Positions 12,866-25,810 are shown, numbered from the whole stretch's first letter. The stretch is 63,034 nucleotides of DNA, filler included, from Octopus bimaculoides (GCF_001194135.2; 4 parts of 3 records of this genome joined end to end with filler, not necessarily neighbours in it); one strand, 5' to 3'. Program-made: numbers and translations. Notes: a model not told the origin generated them from the sequence alone.

Positions 12866-13625
12866 TATATATGCGCGTGCACGTCTTGGTGTGTGCTTCT
12901 GTATGTATTTAATAGTTGTGTATAATTTATGCTTGTTGTTGATTTTGTATCTTTTACTTTGATGTGTAATAGATTTTTCAGAATAATCTTCCGTAACGTA
13001 TAATGATATGTTTCAAGACGCAGCATCTCCGCAAAAGTTTCTCCTCTCTAAACGACTCTAAAGATGAATTGATTATCAGAACATATTTTAATGTTACTTT
13101 CCCATATTTGCTCTCTTTCATTTGTCACTTGATTTTCTTTCAGTCTTAACTTATTCGCTAATTCATTGGATATTGTTCAAATAAGTACCAACATGATCTT
13201 CAAAGTATCGGGTGAAATAAACCAAAAGCCATTAATATATTCGATCAGAATAATTTGTTATAGAACAACAACAAAAGGAAGAAGGCCTTCTGGAAAATTT
13301 AATATTGGCAATTCAATATCCGATTTAGATGCTGTTGTATAAACTGTTGCAGTTTCCCTATATTATTTATATCACACGTTCATACGTATTTAACTAGCCT
13401 ATGTCGTCACATGACTCTTGTAAATAATCTAAATCAAGAAGTTCTCGATACAGACCCCTAGCAAATTTTATAGTAAGCACATATGAAAACGTTTACTCTT
13501 AGCCATGAAAGTTGACACAGCTTTATATATATGTTTACTTTTATTTTATTACTAAACTGAGTGCTGTATAGACTTCGAAAATTTTGCTGATGTTTTTAAC
13601 ATCATCATCATCATCATCATCATCA

Positions 13626-13673
<48 letters not shown>

Positions 13674-13875
13674 GAAAATTCACAGTTTATTTTGGTGGGC
13701 ATGATGGAAAGTATCAACTGTCCACAGCCAGCAGATTGAAATGACACTTGTTTACTGGTCATGCTTCAAGAGCCCTACGAATAATTTTTGCAGTTCCAAA
13801 CAATGCTAACTAGGCCCCCACCTGCAAGGTCATGCGCTGTTTATCGCTGTTTATAACTATTATTATTATTATCAC

Positions 13876-13914
<39 letters not shown>

Positions 13915-13920
13915 TATTAC

Positions 13921-15441
13921 TTATCGTCTTTGCACAGATTCTACTACTGGAAATGTACTACAGTGTCAGCTGTTCACTACCAGTGAACTAAGGTAACGGC
14001 CTTGATTCTTCGAGCACTATCCGGAGTATTCGATCGGTTCCATGCAGCACTGTTTTCTGCAAGTGATCCACACTCTATTTGTGCGATGTACTTCTCAAGA
14101 TTTTTACTCACTGTTCCTAGGTCTCAGACAATTATTGGTATTACTACCAGCTTTTTCATCGACCACAATTGCTTAAAATCCCGAGTTAACCTCTAATATT
14201 TATCGAATTTTCTTTCTTTCTCATCACCGTACCTTGTTGTCAGCTGGGCATGCTATATCTATGATGATGTATCGTTTTCTTTCATTCTTAATTAACACTT
14301 TTTGGCTTCTTATTCTCTATATCATGGTCACACTGAATCATAAAATACTATAGGACCTTTGCATTATCATTTTCGATGATTCGTTCGGGTTTATATTTTC
14401 GTACCACATTTTAGCATTGTCAAGTCCGTAATTATTGCAAAGTGTCCAATGGAAAATCCTTTCTATATTGTCATGACGTCTCTTATATTCTTTCTGGGAT
14501 AGCGCCGTATATTGACTGGTAATATGCCATATGTTTTCACCATTTTCTGCACTTACCACTTTCTGATGTGTTGTCTATTCTATATTTGATATAATTCATT
14601 CTTAGTGCTTCTTCTTGGGCAACACATGTTAGAGCCACCGTTTCCGGTTTTAAATCACATTTAGTCATCCCTAGCCATGTTTTTTTTCTCTGTCTTGTCT
14701 TCAACATTTTTATGAAATTGTCCATGCAATCTTTTCTCTATCGACCTATTTTCAGTTTCATTCATTCTCAAGTGCTTGTACAGTACTTTATCTTTGAAAT
14801 CTTCTCTCCTACACAAGCCTGACCTTCTTACTGCAAATAATAGTGGTTCTATTGCATTTTTTACATACCATGCTATGTTGCTTTCTTCTGCTGTAATGAT
14901 GTATTCGCATCCAATCAATCTCTTCCTCCTGTTTTTCTTGGTACATATAGTCTGACTTTGTCACTTTTGGGGTGAACTATCCCATATCTAGTCAGCAATT
15001 TCCTTGTCTTTCTGTCTAAGCTTTTAAATTCGTCTACTGTCCATGAATTAACTCTTCTCCATATCTAAGGAGTGAAACCGCCCAGGTTTTGATAGCTTCA
15101 ATTCTTATTCGGTCCGTTTTATTTCGACTTAAGGATCACTCTCAATTTGCACAAGTACTCCACCTTAAATTTTTCTGTCATTTCTTTCTCTATGAAAACA
15201 TCAATTTCCAATATCCCCAAGTACTTTTAGCCCGTCTTTTCTATCTGATTCATAACCTCCCCCGACGGTATCGCTAGCCCGTCCATACATTTGAATTTGC
15301 CTCTCTTCAATTCTAACACACCACACTTTTTCAGTTTAAACTCCACTCTCATATCGCACTGAAAGTGTCAACGAGGAAATTGACTTGGGATTCATCCTTA
15401 CCATATACTGTGAGATCACCCACATATAACAAGTGATTGAG

Positions 15442-15445
<4 letters not shown>
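13921..15445 (-). mobile_element. R4/Dong-clade RLE non-LTR retrotransposon, 5'-truncated and decayed, flanked by (TAA)n on both sides
   Basis: KLNHLLYVGDL (RT YxDD region), LHGQF, DLKPETVALTCVAQEEALRMNYIKYRID...KCR, EYKRRHD (CCHC/RHD motif); (TTA)n at 13855-13920 and 15443-15487. Confidence 0.85.
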
Positions 15446-15488
<43 letters not shown>

Positions 15489-15847
15489 TAATGATTGTGA
15501 GGTCAGTGCACACCATCGAATGTGTTTGCATATGATTCGATAATATTTTGATAGTGACATACTGACGTATATTTCATCAACCACTGAATGTTCTATATTC
15601 TTGAATATCTTGTCCTTTGCTTAACTCAGAAATCTATATGTAATAAAGGATTACAATATACAGAGAATCCATGAAACGCTGTCATCGAGCTTTGAAAAAC
15701 ATCTGACTAAAACGTATAGCAGTTATATGTGTACAAAACTCTACAGACGGCAAGAATTATATTGCAGTAAAATAAGTGCAACATAAGACTATTTCAAATT
15801 GTGTATGATCATGACAAAGAGCAAAATATTATACTCCAATTGCTCAG

Positions 15848-16015
15848 GGTTGATTAAATTCAAATCTGTAATCCTTGTCGACGAAATAACAACAGGAATG
15901 ATCATGCCAATGGCGGAGACTCGTTCAGGAATGGCATACGAAGACGAATATATTGGAAATTGTGGCACTTTATTACAAACACCTAAACCAATTATGATCT
16001 ACATTGGAAATGCAG
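15848..16015 (+). CDS. Candidate 168-nt symmetric phase 1-1 internal coding exon (LIKFKSVILVDEITTGMIMPMAETRSGMAYEDEYIGNCGTLLQTPKPIMIYIGNA); product unknown
   Basis: Acceptor ...TACTCCAATTGCTCAG|G, strong donor GCAG|GTGAGG, length 56 codons, stop-free in only that frame, non-repetitive. Confidence 0.3.
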
Positions 16016-16661
16016 GTGAGGATCAATGGATCTAGATGTAGCATCAACTAGATAAAATCATCCGAAGTAAAGATTTGAAATTGTTCATATAGACCACGAA
16101 GACGAGAAACAAATTACTGTACTCAGCTTGTATGTATTTCTACATAATGCATAGAGTTATGATCGGCAGGTTAGATATATTTGTTTAGAGATTATCTAAA
16201 ATCTACCATTGCTAGATTAGAAGCTATATAATTCTGTGAAATTTGCTGTAACGGACCCAGCGTAAACAAATTAATATTAGGCGTACTACTGTACATTAAC
16301 AGGTATTTGCTTGCTACTTGATGCTATATAATCATTAAAAGATCAAAAAAGAATTTCCGTGTTGATTATTTTTTAATCTTGTTTAAGAGATACTGATTTG
16401 CGTTCACACAAAGTAATAATTTTACATCACAACATGCTTCATGCATTTGGCTATATTATTATTAGGATACGTCAGTAAATAGGGACACAACATATATAAC
16501 GTCACAATAAATTGAAAACACACGTAAAATTTGCTAAACAGTTGGTCATAATGCGTTCAAACTTAAAGCAATTTTACCACAAATAAACTAAAATTTAAAC
16601 AAAAGCTGGTGCTAAATTGGAATGAATCATCTGGTTTTGAAATACACGCCTAAAGTTTGAC

Positions 16662-16721
<60 letters not shown>

Positions 16722-18224
16722 TACACACATGTATTCATGCATGTAATAAAGTTGAATTTTTCCTGACGCTAAACTATCAGTTAAATATAATTACACGTGA
16801 TGTTAACTCCTAACTACTATTCATGTGAGAGCTCAACTGAAACGACAGATCGTATAATTTCACGTTGACAGTGACACGAAACACAATAAACTTGTCACAA
16901 ACATACACTGGTGTTTGCGTAAATGCTATGGGCTAGTAGAGTTGGCCGTGTAATTTAACTATAACCCTGTCAATGTCGTAGGCAATAAGCTATTTAAGGT
17001 TTTATGAGTCTTTGCAATCCAAAGGGATTTTATAAAGAGTTATAATGACGTAGGTACGTTGCAAACAATAACATATCGTTGAAAGGATAATAAATATAGG
17101 TTAAAGAATAATAGCCTAGCAGTAGAAATTTAAAATATTAGTAAAATAGTGATCTCATTCAATGCTAATAACTTTAAAGCTGTCAACTTATATTGGCAGT
17201 CACTTGAATAGAAAGCGGTATCAAACTTTTATCGATAGATCACTACAGTAACGTTCCACGATATTGAAGAAGAAATAAAACTGCTAAAACACGCATTCAC
17301 TTCGACAATAATGTGTGGTGTAAATTGTACCCGCACGCGTACAGATAAGCGTACATGCACATACATACACATATGCATGCACACACACACACGCGCGCGC
17401 GCATTGAGAGAGAGAACGTGACAGAGAAGAGAGAGAGATTATTGCCAGGGATCATTACGGAGCATGTATAGTTTGTTAGTATATATATATATATTTCGCT
17501 ATTTGTTTCAAATGCCTAGAAATCATAGACACAACCCCTGTTCATTCACGTTTAAGCACGAAACATCGAGAATAACAGGATAGCATGAAACACCTCGAAT
17601 TGGTAGAGCAAACAGTCAGTACCCATTGCAGCAGATTAAATCGATTCACCGCAACACGCATTATTTTACAAGAGCACACAACGCGCAGTTCAGTGAAAAA
17701 TTCAGACACAGATGGTAAGATCATGAACCGAACACACCAGAGTCTAGACCATAAGGTTTATCAACTCGCCCCCGCACACATACACACATAGACACACCCA
17801 CAGACACACACACATACAGACACACACACACACACACAGACACATGCGCGCGCGCACACACACATACACGCACGCACGCACACACACACACACACACACA
17901 AACATTCACATATATGTCCTCACACATACAGACATACAAATATATACACAGATACACAAACAAGCAATAACAAGTAAACTTTCATTCTCAAATGCATACA
18001 TAGGCACACATATATACAGATATATATTACACACAAGTGAAATAAAATAAATATGGACATCTACATCAGAACCTCCAGCTTTTGTGTCCAGAATATAAAT
18101 TCATATTTATATCAATACTATTTGCTGCGATTCGTTTTTAAGTGGCAATCGGGATAATCTACGAGTTCAGTCTCTTGGAGAGGCAGGGATCAGCTCGTAT
18201 AAAGGACGAGCAGAATGATATTGA

Positions 18225-18275
18225 TAGCAACAACGACGACGACGACGACGATGATGATGATGATGATGATAATGG

Positions 18276-18315
<40 letters not shown>

Positions 18316-18340
18316 AATGACGATGACGATGATGATGATG

Positions 18341-18376
<36 letters not shown>
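18225..18376 (+). repeat. Compound (GAC)n(GAT)n(AAT)n microsatellite
   Basis: Read directly. Confidence 0.95.
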
Positions 18377-18379
<3 letters not shown>

Positions 18380-19195
18380 CCTACATGAACTTCTAACTTG
18401 TTGTCTCTTGAGGTCTCTGGGTGAGACTTGGATTCAACTTGTACAAATGCAAAACAAAAGTCAAACATAAAATAACAAGTAACTGTAGAATATGTGGAGA
18501 TGGACAAGAAACAATAAATCATGTTATCTCTGGCTGCCCAGTCCTGGCTAATAAGGAATATATTCACAGACTCGACAGAGCTGGGACCTATANNNNNNNN
18601 NNNNNNNNNNNNNNNNNNNNNNNNNNNNNNNNNNNNNNNNNNNNNNNNNNNNNNNNNNNNNNNNNNNNNNNNNNNNNNNNNNNNNNNNNNNNNNNNNNNN
18701 NNNNNNNNNNNNNNNNNNNNNNNNNNNNNNNNNNNNNNNNNNNNNNNNNNNNNNNNNNNNNNNNNNNNNNNNNNNNNNNNNNNNNNNNNNNNNNNNNNNN
18801 NNNNNNNNNNNNNNNNNNNNNNNNNNNNNNNNNNNNNNNNNNNNNNNNNNNNNNNNNNNNNNNNNNNNNNNNNNNNNNNNNNNNNNNNNNNNNNNAACTG
18901 GAAATAGAGGTAACTCGAATGTGGAATCTAAAAACAGAAACAATTCCTATCATAGTAGGTGCCTTAGGTATAATAAAAAAAATATTCAGACACATACATA
19001 ACAAAAACACCAGGACTTACAAATATATATAACATACAGAAAATTCCACTACTGGGCACTACACACATCCTACGCAAAACACTTTCAATACAGTAACCAT
19101 AAGAGCATCACAGCAAACCACAGCACATACTCAAGGCACACAGAGCTGCGCTCGGTAGTGAAGTGAAAGCACGTTATAAAAATAAAATTACTGAA
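18377..19195 (+). mobile_element. R4/Dong-like LINE 3' fragment, chimeric: 3'UTR of one subfamily joined to the CCHC/RLE region of another
   Basis: NCRICGDGQETINHVISGCPVLANKEYIHRLD and LEIEVTRMWNLKTETIPIIVGALG; 3'UTR GAGCTGCGCTCGGTAGTGAAGTGAAAGCACG repeated at 20775 and 42938; (AAT)n on both sides. Confidence 0.85.
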
Positions 19196-19227
19196 TAATA
19201 ATAATAATTATTATAATGATAATAATA

Positions 19228-19684
19228 GGCCATACATTGTATTGAAAGACCAGATATTATATTGAAAGGCTTTAGACAAAAATCATGCCTCCTCATTGAT
19301 ATGAGTGTCCCACTCGATATAAATATATCTCAAGACCTATCAAAAACTTAGCATATATAAAGACTCTGAAATAGAAATTGGCAAAATTTTGAACTTCAAG
19401 CCTAAAACAATACCTGTTGTCATAAGTGCTCTAGGAATGATAGCAAAAGAGGCTGGATTGCTATCTAGCTCAGATCCCAGGAAATACCAAAATGGCATAA
19501 ATCAAACGATAGTGCTCATAGGAACTGCCCATATCCTACATAAAATACTGTCAATGTAATATCAAATTTTAAAACAAACTCCTAATTTTCTTATGTTTTT
19601 TCAACATTCTCTAGAACAATACTATACGCAAAACCAAATATATGACACCTTAGGCATAACACCTATATGAACTTCTAACTTGTT
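19228..19684 (+). mobile_element. R4/Dong-like LINE 3' fragment, second subfamily
   Basis: Decayed RLE region (LIDMSVP...KTIPVVISALGMI...LIGTAHIL); its 3'UTR ACACCTATATGAACTTCTAACTTGTT is shared with 18377-18402. Confidence 0.75.
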
Positions 19685-19985
19685 ATCTATATTTCCTGGA
19701 GGAGTAACCTCAATCCTATAAATATTACCAAAATGAAGTAGAGTGACACGTTTATTGCTTTCTTTTTTCTTGAGCCTGTGGAAGGCACACGAGATGTCGA
19801 AATATCGTTCACTTGATAGCAATAGCACTCTTCCATTTTTGCTCCTATATTTCCTGAAAGAGTAACCTGAAACCTATAAATATTACTAAAAAAAGTTGAC
19901 TGACAAGTTTATTTTTTGAACCATTGGAAGAGACACGAGATGTCGAAGTATCGTTCACTTGACAACAATGGCACTTTTTTTTTTA
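19685..19985 (+). repeat. About 158-bp tandem repeat, 2 diverged units; related copy at 42507-42764
   Basis: Unit starts CTATATTTCCTG at 19687 and 19845; both units contain CACGAGATGTCGAA(A/G)TATCGTTCACTTGA. Confidence 0.8.
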
Positions 19986-20002
19986 CTTTAAAAATAATAA
20001 TA

Positions 20003-20108
<106 letters not shown>

Positions 20109-20110
20109 TG

Positions 20111-20165
<55 letters not shown>

Positions 20166-20510
20166 TAANNNNNNNNNNNNNNNNNNNNNNNNNNNNNNNN
20201 NNNNNNNNNNNNNNNNNNNNNNNNNNNNNNNNNNNNNNNNNNNNNNNNNNNNNNNNNNNNNNNNNNNNNNNNNNNNNNNNNNNNNNNNNNNNNNNNNNNN
20301 NNNNNNNNNNNNNNNNNNNNNNNNNNNNNNNNNNNNNNNNNNNNNNNNNNNNNNNNNNNNNNNNNNNNNNNNNNNNNNNNNNNNNNNNNNNNNNNNNNNN
20401 NNNNNNNNNNNNNNNNNNNNNNNNNNNNNNNNNNNNNNNNNNNNNNNNNNNNNNNNNNNNNNNNNNNNNNNNNNNNNNNNNNNNNNNNNNNNNNNNNNNN
20501 NNNNNNNNNC

Positions 20511-20850
20511 GACAGAGCTGGGACCTATATACACTGGAAGCTATGCCAACACTATGGAATAACAACAGAAACAATTCCTATCATAGTAGGTGCCTTAGGT
20601 ATAATTAAAAAAATATTCAGACCAATACATAACAAAAACACCAGGACTTACAAATATATATAACATGCAGAAAATTGCACTACTGGGCACTGCATACATC
20701 CTACGCAACACACTTTCAATTCAGTAACAATAAGAGCACCACAGCAAACCACAGCACATACCCAAGGCGCACAGAGCTGCGCTCGGTAATGAAGTGAAAG
20801 CACGTTATAAAAATAAAACTACTGAACAATAATAATTATAATAATAATAA
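20511..20850 (+). mobile_element. R4/Dong-like LINE 3' end with internal deletion and (AAT)n tail
   Basis: Near-identical to 18575-18592 and 18938-19195. Confidence 0.85.
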
Positions 20851-20859
20851 TAACTGTAA

Positions 20860-21750
20860 TAAGGGAACAACCCATCAGTGGCTGAGAAACTCACGACTGA
20901 AAGCAGAGACTGAAGGTTTCATATAAGCGGCACAGGGTGAAAGCTCGTTTAGTAAAAACTACCAGGTTAACGTTCTGCAAAACGGCTCTGGCCGTAAATG
21001 AAACTTCTGCAATGAATCTGATGAAACAATAGACCATTTTGTCTCGGGATGTCTTGTGCTGACACCAAACGAATACAATAAATCGCCACGATACATTAGG
21101 ACAATATTTACATTTAAAAAGATGTAAACACTAAAAAGTCAGCATTCCTGCTTTGTGGTATGAACATCATCTTAAGCCACTCGTTGAAAGTAAATATGTA
21201 ACTATCCTCTGGGATCTTCTAGTCAGCACCATGAAAATGATCCAGGTTAATCGACCAGACATAGTCATTACAGACAGGAAGGAAATACTTGTAGACGATT
21301 AGATGTAAGTGTTCCCACGCATAGAATATATCCGTAAAGGAATTTGACAAATTAAGTAAATTTAACAACTTGAAATTTAAATACAAAAGATGTGTCACCT
21401 TAAATCGAGATCTGTTCCTGTGGTTGTGAGTGACATAGGTGTAACGAGAAAGAGATGTCAGAAACATCTAGATAATATCCCAAGGGAACAGTGAAAGACC
21501 CGCCTGATATGAAAGAACTAATGACATTTTGGAAAATTATATGGGGTCATAGAAAGGAATTCAACAGGAAGCTGAATTGTTTAGGAGAAAAGAAGAAAGA
21601 ATGGCTAAGATGAAAGAACAAGGATGGAACGGTATTACAATCCAGGAACTAACTCGTTCTGACTAAAGCTCATGTGTCAAAGTCTCCTGGATATGATAAA
21701 ATCGCAAACTTCTCGCTTAATAGCCTCTCGTCATCATACCATCAATTAAT
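20860..21750 (+). mobile_element. Decayed R4/Dong-like LINE fragments: CCHC/RLE part, then a pre-RT part
   Basis: HQWLRNSRLKAETEGFI.AAQ...FCNESDETIDHFVSGC...RHD; later KSPGYDKIANF. Confidence 0.7.
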
Positions 21751-21884
21751 ATGATGTTTCTCTAACAAACAACACAAACATACAAAATAATACAGGATCA
21801 TCATTTGTTTGATCAGCATGTACGAATCTCTTACATCCATCCTCAGCTAAATTATGTATGTATTTCTCGATGAAAGCAACATCT

Positions 21885-23960
21885 TTACCGTACAAAATTA
21901 TGATCTAAATAGGCGACCGTTGTAAAAAGTGGACATCCTCTACTACTACTATATATTTTCCTAGTGAAATGCCTATCTATATACGATCTCGATGACCCTA
22001 AACTGTTGGTCCACGTCCACACGGGCGCATTAGACAAATCTCGTACCTGTAATCTCGGTACCTGTAAGACAGTTGGAACTGGCTGATCAGGTGCTTCAGG
22101 CTTTTGCAACCTCCGCATCTATCAGGCACTCCCACAAAATCCCAGCCTTGATCAGTCGCACACTAACAGATGCACCAAGAAAATCTACCTGACGACTAAA
22201 TAAATCCAGCTGTTTGGCTTCAGTAGGGCCGTATACGGCTACCAGTCTCATTGTACCACTTTCACTATTGCTCACGTTCAGGATCACCAACTTCCCGTCC
22301 AAGTCCCGGAAGAGCGACCTTACCTCGTGATCCAGTTCTTTCCTTCAACAGCACAGCCAATCCACCTCCATACCCGGCCGAGTAACAGATGCACATATCC
22401 GATAATCGTCGAAGATAGGGGCCAGTGCCCGTGTATTGGAAATCCTGGTTTCACTGACAGTAATTACATCCAATTCTAAAGATTTGAGGTCGTTGAGAAG
22501 GCACCCTTGCTTACAGGGCGACCCCAGTCCCCGAACATTAAAAAATCCTACTCTTAAAATGACCATGTTGGTAAGTTAAAGAGAGAAGGGAAAGGTTTAC
22601 TTACATCCCAGTGTCTTGTAAAGGTCGTGTGGGTCGACATCTGTAATTCGTGGGATGTCTTTTGGGAACCCTTTTAGGTGTCACGATGTGGGTCTCACAT
22701 TCGCGGTGTCCACGTCCCCAGGAAACAATCTCGAATTATTGTGTAGGAATCGAGCGACATTCGCACTAGAAGCAAATCTCCCTCTGTTTCAAATTCAATG
22801 TTTTGTGTTACGAGAGCCATGAGTACGAAGTTGGGTCCTTTGTGTTGATTTTGTTTTCATAAGTGTGCTTGAATACAGTGTGGTGGTTTGTTGTTGCTGT
22901 TTCGGTTGTGTCTGTGTTTGCTGTGAGTGTGATATCTGCAGTTTTAGATGTGTGTATGAGTGTTTATTCTTGTGTCTGTTTAGGGTGTTTGCGTTTGGGG
23001 GATTCGGTTGATAGTGATGGTGTTGGTTGTGTTAGTGTTGTTAGAGAGATGCTTGTGTGGGTGATGTTTGTATTTTTTATTGTGAGTGTTGTTAGGCGTT
23101 GTTGAGTTTTTCTTTTCCGTGTTTTTTTTTTATTTTGCTGTTTCGGACCTTTTGGTTTTCCTTCATCTTGATTACTGAAAAATGAGGGCATCTGTAGCTG
23201 TAAGTGTGTCTGTGGGTATGTTTATATTCTTGTTTATGTTGGTATTTTGTTTGGTGTGAGTGGGTGCTATAGGTTCCCTCATTTCTCCCTACAGTGGTTA
23301 ATGTCTTTGGTGATTCGTTTGTTGCCGCTGGTGGTTTTGACGGTACTGGTGCCGTTTGTGGTCCTCGTCCCAGGGTAGTCAGCAGTGGAGGCCTTTGACC
23401 CTTTGCCCCTTTTACTATTTTGGGGCAGCAAACTCTCAGATGAGTAGTTTTCCCAAAAGCGATACAATGCGTCCTTTTGTCAATCCCGGACCAGTCTTCC
23501 CTAGAAGCTATTGTCACCTCTATCGGGACGGTATCCATCCTTTCCAGAATTATGCATTCCAGAAGCCACCACATATCAACTCCGGGTGGGATCCTAGGAA
23601 TGCAGACACGTGAAGTACCTATCCTCATTTGGGAGGGTACATATTTTGCTGGTTTTCAAGGGGTCATTGAATGTTTCGCAGCCAGAACTTCTGACTTAAA
23701 TAGCACCGAAATGGTACCGTAGTGTTTTCCCCTTGCTATGTTCTCTGTGTTATCTCTGATGCACCTCAGTGCCGCTTCAATATGTACTTGGGCCATAAAA
23801 GCCGCTCGTCTCGTCTCTGCTGAGATATATCTGAAAATCACCCACTGCTCTGATGGAATAGTTAGGTTGAGCAATGTTTGTTCTTGTTTATTTAGTTTTC
23901 ATGCCTGGATCAACATTTCATCTCTATTTGTGAGGCCCACTGTAAAGCGTAGCGTCTTTT
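21885..23960 (-). mobile_element. L1/Tx1-like LINE 5' half: ORF1 and the whole APE endonuclease of ORF2, frameshifted, RT absent
   Basis: ORF2 start MVILRVGFFNVRGLG...DVITVSETR, LVAVYGP, WTWTNS...RSYIDR...LDHNFV (APE motifs); upstream ORF1-like frames at about 22600-23874. Confidence 0.85.
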
Positions 23961-25005
23961 TCGCTGCTGTTGGTGGTGATGGCGGTGGTGGTGGTGGTGG
24001 TGGTGCTGCTGCTGCTGCTGCNNNNNNNNNNNNNNNNNNNNNNNNNNNNNNNNNNNNNNNNNNNNNNNNNNNNNNNNNNNNNNNNNNNNNNNNNNNNNNN
24101 NNNNNNNNNNNNNNNNNNNNNNNNNNNNNNNNNNNNNNNNNNNNNNNNNNNNNNNNNNNNNNNNNNNNNNNNNNNNNNNNNNNNNNNNNNNNNNNNNNNN
24201 NNNNNNNNNNNNNNNNNNNNNNNNNNNNNNNNNNNNNNNNNNNNNNNNNNNNNNNNNNNNNNNNNNNNNNNNNNNNNNNNNNNNNNNNNNNNNNNNNNNN
24301 NNNNNNNNNNNNNNNNNNNNNNNNNNNNNNNNNNNNNNNNNNNNNNNNNNNNNNNNNNNNNNNNNNNNNNNNNNNNNNNNNNNNNNNNNNNNNNNNNNNN
24401 NNNNNNNNNNNNNNNNNNNNNNNNNNNNNNNNNNNNNNNNNNNNNNNNNNNNNNNNNNNNNNNNNNNNNNNNNNNNNNNNNNNNNNNNNNNNNNNNNNNN
24501 NNNNNNNNNNNNNNNNNNNNNNNNNNNNNNNNNNNNNNNNNNNNNNNNNNNNNNNNNNNNNNNNNNNNNNNNNNNNNNNNNNNNNNNNNNNNNNNNNNNN
24601 NNNNNNNNNNNNNNNNNNNNNNNNNNNNNNNNNNNNNNNNNNNNNNNNNNNNNNNNNNNNNNNNNNNNNNNNNNNNNNNNNNNNNNNNNNNNNNNNNNNN
24701 NNNNNNNNNNNNNNNNNNNNNNNNNNNNNNNNNNNNNNNNNNNNNNNNNNNNNNNNNNNNNNNNNNNNNNNNNNNNNNNNNNNNNNNNNNNNNNNNNNNN
24801 NNNNNNNNNNNNNNNNNNNNNNNNNNNNNNNNNNNNNNNNNNNNNNNNNNNNNNNNNNNNNNNNNNNNNNNNNNNNNNNNNNNNNNNNNNNNNNNNNNNN
24901 NNNNNNNNNNNNNNNNNNNNNNNNNNNNNNNNNNNNNNNNNNNNNNNNNNNNNNNNNNNNNNNNNNNNNNNNNNNNNNNNNNNNNNNNNNNNNNNNNNNN
25001 NNNNN

Positions 25006-25075
<70 letters not shown>

Positions 25076-25136
25076 TGAAGAAGAAGAAGAAGAAGAAGAA
25101 GAAGAAGAAGAAGAAGAAGAAGAAGAAGAAGAAGAA
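25006..25136 (+). repeat. (AAT)n followed by (AAG)n microsatellites
   Basis: Read directly. Confidence 0.95.
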
Positions 25137-25297
25137 GGTGAATAAATAAATAAATAAGTGAAACAGAAGCTTCAATATAGGACGAATCACGTAGTATCTT
25201 GATCTGTGAAAAATTTCACTCAAATTCGCTCAGGTTACATCCAACCGCCTTATCGCATTAACAATATCATTTATGCAGACATATTGTGATATACAAA

Positions 25298-25488
25298 GGC
25301 GGTGAGATGGCATAAACTTTAGCACGCAGCGCGTAATACTTAGCGGTATTTCTTCTGTCTTTACGTTCTAAGTTCCGACGAGGTTGATTTTGACTTTCAT
25401 ACTTAAGGGGTTGACAAATTAAGTAGTAGTTGCGTACTGGGTCGATGTAATCCACTGCCCCTCCCGCATTGGGTCCAGATTAGAAAGA
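25298..25488 (+). mobile_element. SINE family B, full length, with a 17-bp TSD
   Basis: TSD ATATTGTGATATACAAA at 25281-25297 and 25489-25505; tRNA-like head GGCGGTGAGATGGC; Meta-like core. Confidence 0.9.
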
Positions 25489-25627
25489 ATATTGTGATAT
25501 ACAAACGAGATGTCGTCTTTGTTCAGAAGCCTGTGAAATTACTACTGACCATGGGTTAAACGGCAATAACCAGTTAGAGTTCATATGCGTGCTTTGTTAA
25601 TATTGGTCAGCGGCTAAACATCTAATG

Positions 25628-25639
25628 TTGCTGCTGCCG

Positions 25640-25700
<61 letters not shown>

Positions 25701-25810
25701 AACAACAACAACAACAACTGCCGCTGCTATTATTAAAACTACTTCTGATGATAATGATACTACTACTACTACTACTGCTACTACTACTACTACTAATGCT
25801 GCTTCTGCTG
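25628..25810 (+). repeat. (ACT)n/(AAC)n microsatellite cluster; similar (GGT)n and (ACT)n tracts at 27080-27395
   Basis: Read directly. Confidence 0.95.

Noticed and set aside
17585-17720. Plus-strand ATG|GTAAGA donor at 17714/17715 after a 43-codon ORF in CpG-richer unique DNA
   Set aside because: No acceptor, promoter or homology support; a single donor motif is expected by chance at this window size.
23738-25223. Long ORFs of 200-450 aa spanning N-runs, here and at 0.9, 3.5, 4.7, 6.5, 43.4, 45.1, 49.8 and 53.2 kb
   Set aside because: They are open only because N codons are not stops; the flanks are microsatellite translations.
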